Shown here piece by piece: positions 37,411 to 41,948 of a stretch of DNA of 41,948 bases. The translations under genes were made by a program, and so were the position numbers. Below the pieces are notes generated by a model, which was given only the letters and a program-made list of their open reading frames with translations, was not told where the DNA came from and did no database searches. This stretch comes from a virus (lineage: Duplodnaviria > Caudoviricetes): positions 1 to 41,948 of IMG/VR virus record IMGVR_UViG_3300005934_000010. One strand, given 5' to 3'. Within the stretch, counting starts at the first letter, position 1. Every line of letters begins with the position of its first letter.

Positions 37411-38373
37411 ATGGACGCACTCACTCTATGGATGGCAGTTGGCTTCTTATTTGCCGGCTATGCCGTTATCGCAAACGATTCAGTACAAACTCTTGGTACA
37501 TGGATTGCATCAAACAACGAAAAATTTAATTGGAAGATTATGTGGGGAGCCGCTAGTGCGGTATTGTTATATACTCTTTGGTATGGCTGGTATGCAAATG
37601 CTGGTGACATTAGTTATGGACGACTAAACAAAATTCCTTTTCAGGAAATTGAATGGTATCATGCAATGGCACCTGCCTTATTATTAGTCTTAACACGAAT
37701 AGGTGTACCTGTCAGTACATCTTTTTTAGTGTTAAGTGCATTCGCTAGTACATTTGTATTAGAGAAGATGCTTATAAAATCTATGATGGGATATGCAGTT
37801 GCGGCTGTGGCGGCATATGCAATTTGGATTGTTGTAAGTAAAATACTAGATGAAGCAAAACCAGTTAAAGAAGAACATAAAAAATATTGGCGTATTGGTC
37901 AATGGGTAACAACAGGCTTTTTATGGTTCACTTGGTTATCACATGACATGGCAAACATTGCCGTGTTCTTACCTAGACAAATTCCTTGGGATTTGATGAT
38001 AATGATTTCAGTTGTGTTTGTCGCTGGCCTGGCATTTATGTTTAGAGAAGGCGGTGGTAAGATTCAAAAGATTGTTTTAGAAAAACATAATACACGTTAT
38101 GTACGTTCTGCTACAATCATTGACGCAGTTTATTGGTTGATACTTTGGTTCTTTAAAGAACTGAATGATATTCCAATGTCAACAACTTGGGTGTTCGTTG
38201 GTTTACTATGTGGTCGTGAACTTGCTATGGCAACAATTACTGGTAAAGAAAAGTTTAGAACTGTATTCCCACTAGTAACAAAAGACTTTATCAAAATGAT
38301 GATTGGTCTTGGTGCAAGTGTGGCAGTTGTTCTTGCAATTCACTATGTAATTGTACCCAACGGATTACACTAA
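37411..38373 (+). CDS. Multi-pass membrane transporter, PiT (phosphate permease)-like
   Basis: IANDS, GVPVSTS, HDMAN and IPMSTT resemble the duplicated PiT signatures; about 9-10 TM segments. Confidence 0.7.
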   Translation: MDALTLWMAVGFLFAGYAVIANDSVQTLGTWIASNNEKFNWKIMWGAASAVLLYTLWYGWYANAGDISYGRLNKIPFQEIEWYHAMAPALLLVLTRIGVPVSTSFLVLSAFASTFVLEKMLIKSMMGYAVAAVAAYAIWIVVSKILDEAKPVKEEHKKYWRIGQWVTTGFLWFTWLSHDMANIAVFLPRQIPWDLMIMISVVFVAGLAFMFREGGGKIQKIVLEKHNTRYVRSATIIDAVYWLILWFFKELNDIPMSTTWVFVGLLCGRELAMATITGKEKFRTVFPLVTKDFIKMMIGLGASVAVVLAIHYVIVPNGLH

Positions 38374-38489
38374 AAAGATAAATAATTACATAAGAAAAAA
38401 CTAATACTAGACGTAATGGATATTTAAAAAAGGTATAAGTTTGTCGGACACTGCATTTCATTCCGATAATCAATGTAATGAATTTTGGA

Positions 38490-38514
38490 GACCCACTCGT
38501 AAGAGTGGGTTTTC
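38490..38514 (+). terminator. Terminator-like hairpin
   Basis: GACCCACTC-GTAA-GAGTGGGTT followed by TT. Confidence 0.65.
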
Positions 38515-38552
38515 CATTTACAAATAAAAAAACATATATGATAAATACATAT

Positions 38553-39488
38553 ATGCGTTATTCAGATATCATAGAAGGCAAACTTACAAGAGGGGATCTT
38601 TTAAAGGATCGTCAAAGGTTAGCCAACTTTATTAAAAAATATGAAACAGGTCAACCATTTGTAGCAGTAGGTGGTGATACTCCTACGATTAAATTAAAAA
38701 AAGATGATGAAGTTTTAAAGGATTTAAAACAAGGTGTTTTTCCTGCATCATTTGAAACAGTAGATGGTAAAATAATAAGACTTTCAGGCTTAGAAAAAAC
38801 AGGTGAGTTTGGAGGCAAAGGATCTGGATTTTCAACACGTGATGAAGACGCCGCACTTGGCAGTATCAATCAAATGTTTGCAAAATTAAAAGGCAACAAA
38901 TCAGAAATACCTTTAGTTATAGGTAATAGAACAGTTAACGTTGCTAAGTTTGTTACAACATCTGGAACACCTAAATCTGATTTTCATGCAGTGGATGCCT
39001 CAGGTAATGAAGTAGCTTGGGTATCTCATAAAAAAGGTTCTAAAGCAAAAGATTTTGGACAATGGGGTGGGGTATCAGATAAAGAACTTGCTATTGTTTA
39101 TAAACATTCACCAGAAATTAAAGATGAAGTAGATTCATTTGTACAAGCACTTAGAAAGTTATCACCAAATGAACAATTTCCTAAAGGAACAACTTTTGCT
39201 AGAAAGTTAAAAGATGGCAGACTACGTGGTATAGCAGTTTATGGTGTTGGTTGGGGCGGAAAGCCAGGGCCTCAGAACGTAGATTTAGTACTACAAGGCG
39301 ATCCACAGTTTGATGGTAATCGTTTAATTGCTACAGGTTCTGCACACTCAAATAAAGAAAGACTTGAAGGTGAATTTGAACCAGTATTAATGGCTAGATA
39401 TTCAAGTGATAGAAACAATTTTGGTATTAAAGGCGCACGTGTAGGAGTTTATCCTGCAGGCGGTAGAAAAGTAACCAAATATATTTAA
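38553..39488 (+). CDS. Restriction-endonuclease-like (PD-(D/E)xK variant) phage protein
   Basis: RDE...TPKSDF...WVSHKKG...QWGG; start MRYSDIIE after the late motif at 38540. Confidence 0.55.
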   Translation: MRYSDIIEGKLTRGDLLKDRQRLANFIKKYETGQPFVAVGGDTPTIKLKKDDEVLKDLKQGVFPASFETVDGKIIRLSGLEKTGEFGGKGSGFSTRDEDAALGSINQMFAKLKGNKSEIPLVIGNRTVNVAKFVTTSGTPKSDFHAVDASGNEVAWVSHKKGSKAKDFGQWGGVSDKELAIVYKHSPEIKDEVDSFVQALRKLSPNEQFPKGTTFARKLKDGRLRGIAVYGVGWGGKPGPQNVDLVLQGDPQFDGNRLIATGSAHSNKERLEGEFEPVLMARYSSDRNNFGIKGARVGVYPAGGRKVTKYI

Positions 39489-39535
39489 AAATCCCTGATG
39501 ATTATATTCTAAGTTTACAGATTATAAATACTTAC

Positions 39536-40510
39536 ATGGCTGAAATCAAAATAGAAAGATTAGTAGCAGAAGTATTTGGTGGCTGTAATTACGAGTGTCA
39601 AATGTGTCCTCAAGGCGAAGGAGGCAGAGACAAAGAGTTTTTAAAGCAGATGCCTTTTGACCTTTTTGAAAACATACTTGATGATGCCAAACAATACGGT
39701 GAAGGTATAGTAGTAAATCTTGATGGTTCAGGCGAAGCAACACTCAATAAAAACTTTCCAAAATATGTAGAAGCGGTAGCTAAACGTGGGTTTAAGCCAT
39801 TGGTGTACACAAATGGTCTTTTAGTTAAAGGAGACTATATGCGTAAAATATTTGATAGTGGTTTATATTTGTGTAGATTTTCTGATATAGGATATAATCG
39901 TGAGAAATATAAAGAATGGATGCGTATGGATGCTTTTGATACTATCATCAAACATGCACGTGAGGCAAAGAACTATGTAGAACAACAAGGTTACAACGCA
40001 GTTGTATCAAGTTATCATCTTATTTTAGATAACAATCAAATAGATTATGAAATAGAAGAATACAAAAAGAACTTTATCGAACCTGCAGGCACAGAAGCAG
40101 AAATATGGAAAATGCATAACTGGAGTGGTAATTTAGATTTTGAACAACGTAATGGAGAAGTATCAACATGTGGTAGACCTTTTGCTCCTGACTTTACTGT
40201 AAGAGCAGGAGGTATTGGAAAACATTATGGTGCAGTTACCCCTTGTTGTCAAACTATGGGACCACCAAATGAAATACCAAGTGTACTAGGTCATATGGAT
40301 ACGCAAACAATCGAAGAAGTTATTAATGGTGAAGGTTATCAAAATTTAAGAAAAGCACATAAGACAGGTGATTGGAGTTTAGCACCTTATTGTAAAGAGT
40401 GTGATTTTAGAATTCAGGATCCAGAAGTTTTAATATGGACAAATAATCCAAGTCATGTAAAAAAAGAAAACATGAGAGCAACAACATTTAACTTGGATGA
40501 CTACAAATGA
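39536..40510 (+). CDS. Radical SAM enzyme with a SPASM/twitch domain
   Basis: CNYECQMC, GSGEA, TNG; C-terminal CGRP...PCC...CKEC. Confidence 0.9.
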   Translation: MAEIKIERLVAEVFGGCNYECQMCPQGEGGRDKEFLKQMPFDLFENILDDAKQYGEGIVVNLDGSGEATLNKNFPKYVEAVAKRGFKPLVYTNGLLVKGDYMRKIFDSGLYLCRFSDIGYNREKYKEWMRMDAFDTIIKHAREAKNYVEQQGYNAVVSSYHLILDNNQIDYEIEEYKKNFIEPAGTEAEIWKMHNWSGNLDFEQRNGEVSTCGRPFAPDFTVRAGGIGKHYGAVTPCCQTMGPPNEIPSVLGHMDTQTIEEVINGEGYQNLRKAHKTGDWSLAPYCKECDFRIQDPEVLIWTNNPSHVKKENMRATTFNLDDYK

Positions 40511-41304
40511 AAAAATATACTGTAGACAATATTTCAAATTTATCTAATATATTTTGTGATGTTATTAAAAAACATAAAATTAAACCTTATTATGTAAAAT
40601 GTACAAAAGGAGAACTAACTAAAGTCTTATCTATAGAATATGATTTATTATATCCTTTCAATTCAATGATGTGGTCATGGAGAAATGCATTAGAATTAGA
40701 CAAAGCACGAATATATTTTAATATAGATGATCCAAATGCACAAGTAGGTACTATAACAAAAAGATTTGACTTTGCTGATAACTATACCACTGAAACACTT
40801 TTAAAACATGAATGGGCCGTAAAGTTATATGATTTTATAGAAGAAGACATAAAAGAATATATAACTCCTTTCACATTAAGATACAACAAAGAATCAATGG
40901 GTGGGATAGAACTACATCCTGGAGCAGTTAGGAGAGCGTTTCTGTGGGGATTACCTGATACAACCATTATTAAATTGCTTATTTGTGATAGAGGTAATGC
41001 AAAAGAAAAGAAAGTAATAACTGCATTTAAAGAAAAAGCAATATCTTTATCAGATAAAAATCCAGAAGAAATAAACAATATACTTGAGGTTAGTACTAAG
41101 TATGACCAAAAAGCAGAGACAGGTATTAGATTTATGCAGAAAGAAAAAGTAGTAGAAATATATCAATCATTTCCAGAAATGACTAAAAAGAAGCTATATC
41201 GTATTAAATATTCAAAAACGCACATAATTGTAGATAACAAAATAGTTGCATACTTCAAAAAACCAGGGATTTGGGTAACAAATAATGGTGAAAATAGTAT
41301 ATAA
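40507..41304 (+). CDS. Hypothetical protein, paralog of 33950
   Basis: HPGAVRR motif and a similar C-terminus (IIVDNKIVAY..K..W). Confidence 0.6.
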   Translation: MKKYTVDNISNLSNIFCDVIKKHKIKPYYVKCTKGELTKVLSIEYDLLYPFNSMMWSWRNALELDKARIYFNIDDPNAQVGTITKRFDFADNYTTETLLKHEWAVKLYDFIEEDIKEYITPFTLRYNKESMGGIELHPGAVRRAFLWGLPDTTIIKLLICDRGNAKEKKVITAFKEKAISLSDKNPEEINNILEVSTKYDQKAETGIRFMQKEKVVEIYQSFPEMTKKKLYRIKYSKTHIIVDNKIVAYFKKPGIWVTNNGENSI

Positions 41305-41308
41305 AAAC

Positions 41309-41337
41309 TTGACATTTCCAGCAAAATAGCGTATAAT
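41309..41337 (+). promoter_or_regulatory. Consensus sigma70 promoter
   Basis: TTGACA-N17-TATAAT. Confidence 0.85.
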
Positions 41338-41368
41338 ATTCATATTAAACATGAGAAAGGTACATGAA

Positions 41369-41899
41369 ATGAAAAAACTAATTGTAATGATTACTGGTGC
41401 AGTAATGCTATTCTCAAGTGTAGCAATGGCAAATGCACATCACAAGAACAAAACTATGAGAGTACAAGCAGAAGTAACTTCAAGTACTCCTATTACACAA
41501 CAGGTTGTACAGAAAGTTCCTGAACAACAGTGCGGTATTGTTGATGTTCCAATTTACTCACAAGGTAGTGCAAGTACAGGTGATGTATTAGCAGGTGCTA
41601 TTATCGGTGGTGTTATTGGTAATCAGTTTGGTAAAGGTAAAGGCAATGATGCGGCAACTGTATTAGGTGCTATCATTGGTGCTGATACAGCCAATAAAAA
41701 GAATGGTAACAAAACTATTGTTGGTTACAAGCAAGTACAACAATGTAATACAATCTATATTGAAACAGTTGCAGATAAAATTGTAGGTTATCAATCTACA
41801 TTTAAAACATCTGAAGGCGAAGTATACACGTTTCAAACTAAGTCTCAATGGGCTGTTGGAACTATTGTATTCTTAAACAAGACAGTTTCCCTAAACTAA
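41369..41899 (+). CDS. Glycine-zipper 2TM domain secreted protein (YcfJ-like)
   Basis: Signal peptide; GAIIGGVIGNQFGKGKGNDAATVLGAIIGA. Confidence 0.85.
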   Translation: MKKLIVMITGAVMLFSSVAMANAHHKNKTMRVQAEVTSSTPITQQVVQKVPEQQCGIVDVPIYSQGSASTGDVLAGAIIGGVIGNQFGKGKGNDAATVLGAIIGADTANKKNGNKTIVGYKQVQQCNTIYIETVADKIVGYQSTFKTSEGEVYTFQTKSQWAVGTIVFLNKTVSLN

Positions 41900-41923
41900 T
41901 CACATTATTCTCCTTCGTAAGTA

Positions 41924-41948
41924 GATAAATACGTATGAGGTCTGCTAT
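41924..41948 (+). promoter_or_regulatory. Late promoter motif and probable start of the next gene (ATG at 41935), truncated by the window edge
   Basis: GATAAATAC-gt-ATG. Confidence 0.5.

Noticed and set aside
4341-41848. Many short ORFs in the track that overlap larger genes (e.g. 4820-5167, 7958-8278, 11140-11685, 14789-15241, 26426-26752, 36606-36893)
   Set aside because: They are antisense or alternative-frame shadows of well-supported genes, with no RBS or recognisable motif.

Overview
AT-rich, gene-dense 42-kb segment of a large tailed dsDNA bacteriophage with T4-like/jumbo myovirus traits: primase, gp41/DnaB helicase, PAAR spike, acidic head proteins and (G/T)ATAAATA late promoters. 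The host is probably an aquatic alphaproteobacterium, because the window carries a two-piece circularly permuted tmRNA with the tag ANDNFANEDLALAA and an FdxA-type ferredoxin. Auxiliary genes include ClpP, Prs, PsiE, peptide deformylase, YggX, a desaturase, a nitroreductase, four 2OG-Fe(II) oxygenases, two radical SAM enzymes, methyl- and glycosyltransferases, and an anticodon-less AsnRS-like enzyme. The most notable observations are: (1) a ~195-aa miniature DnaE (family C) polymerase core that keeps the catalytic motifs and shares a leaderless sigma70 promoter geometry with primase, helicase and exonuclease; (2) a stand-alone ~217-nt structured ncRNA with its own promoter; (3) an unannotated minus-strand micro-protein operon behind a structured GC-rich leader; (4) several enzymes (ligase-like, kinase, nuclease-like) that appear to carry capsid-targeting N-termini; (5) a phage translation quality-control set of tmRNA, ClpP and Def. 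All calls come from motifs read by eye; no searches were run.
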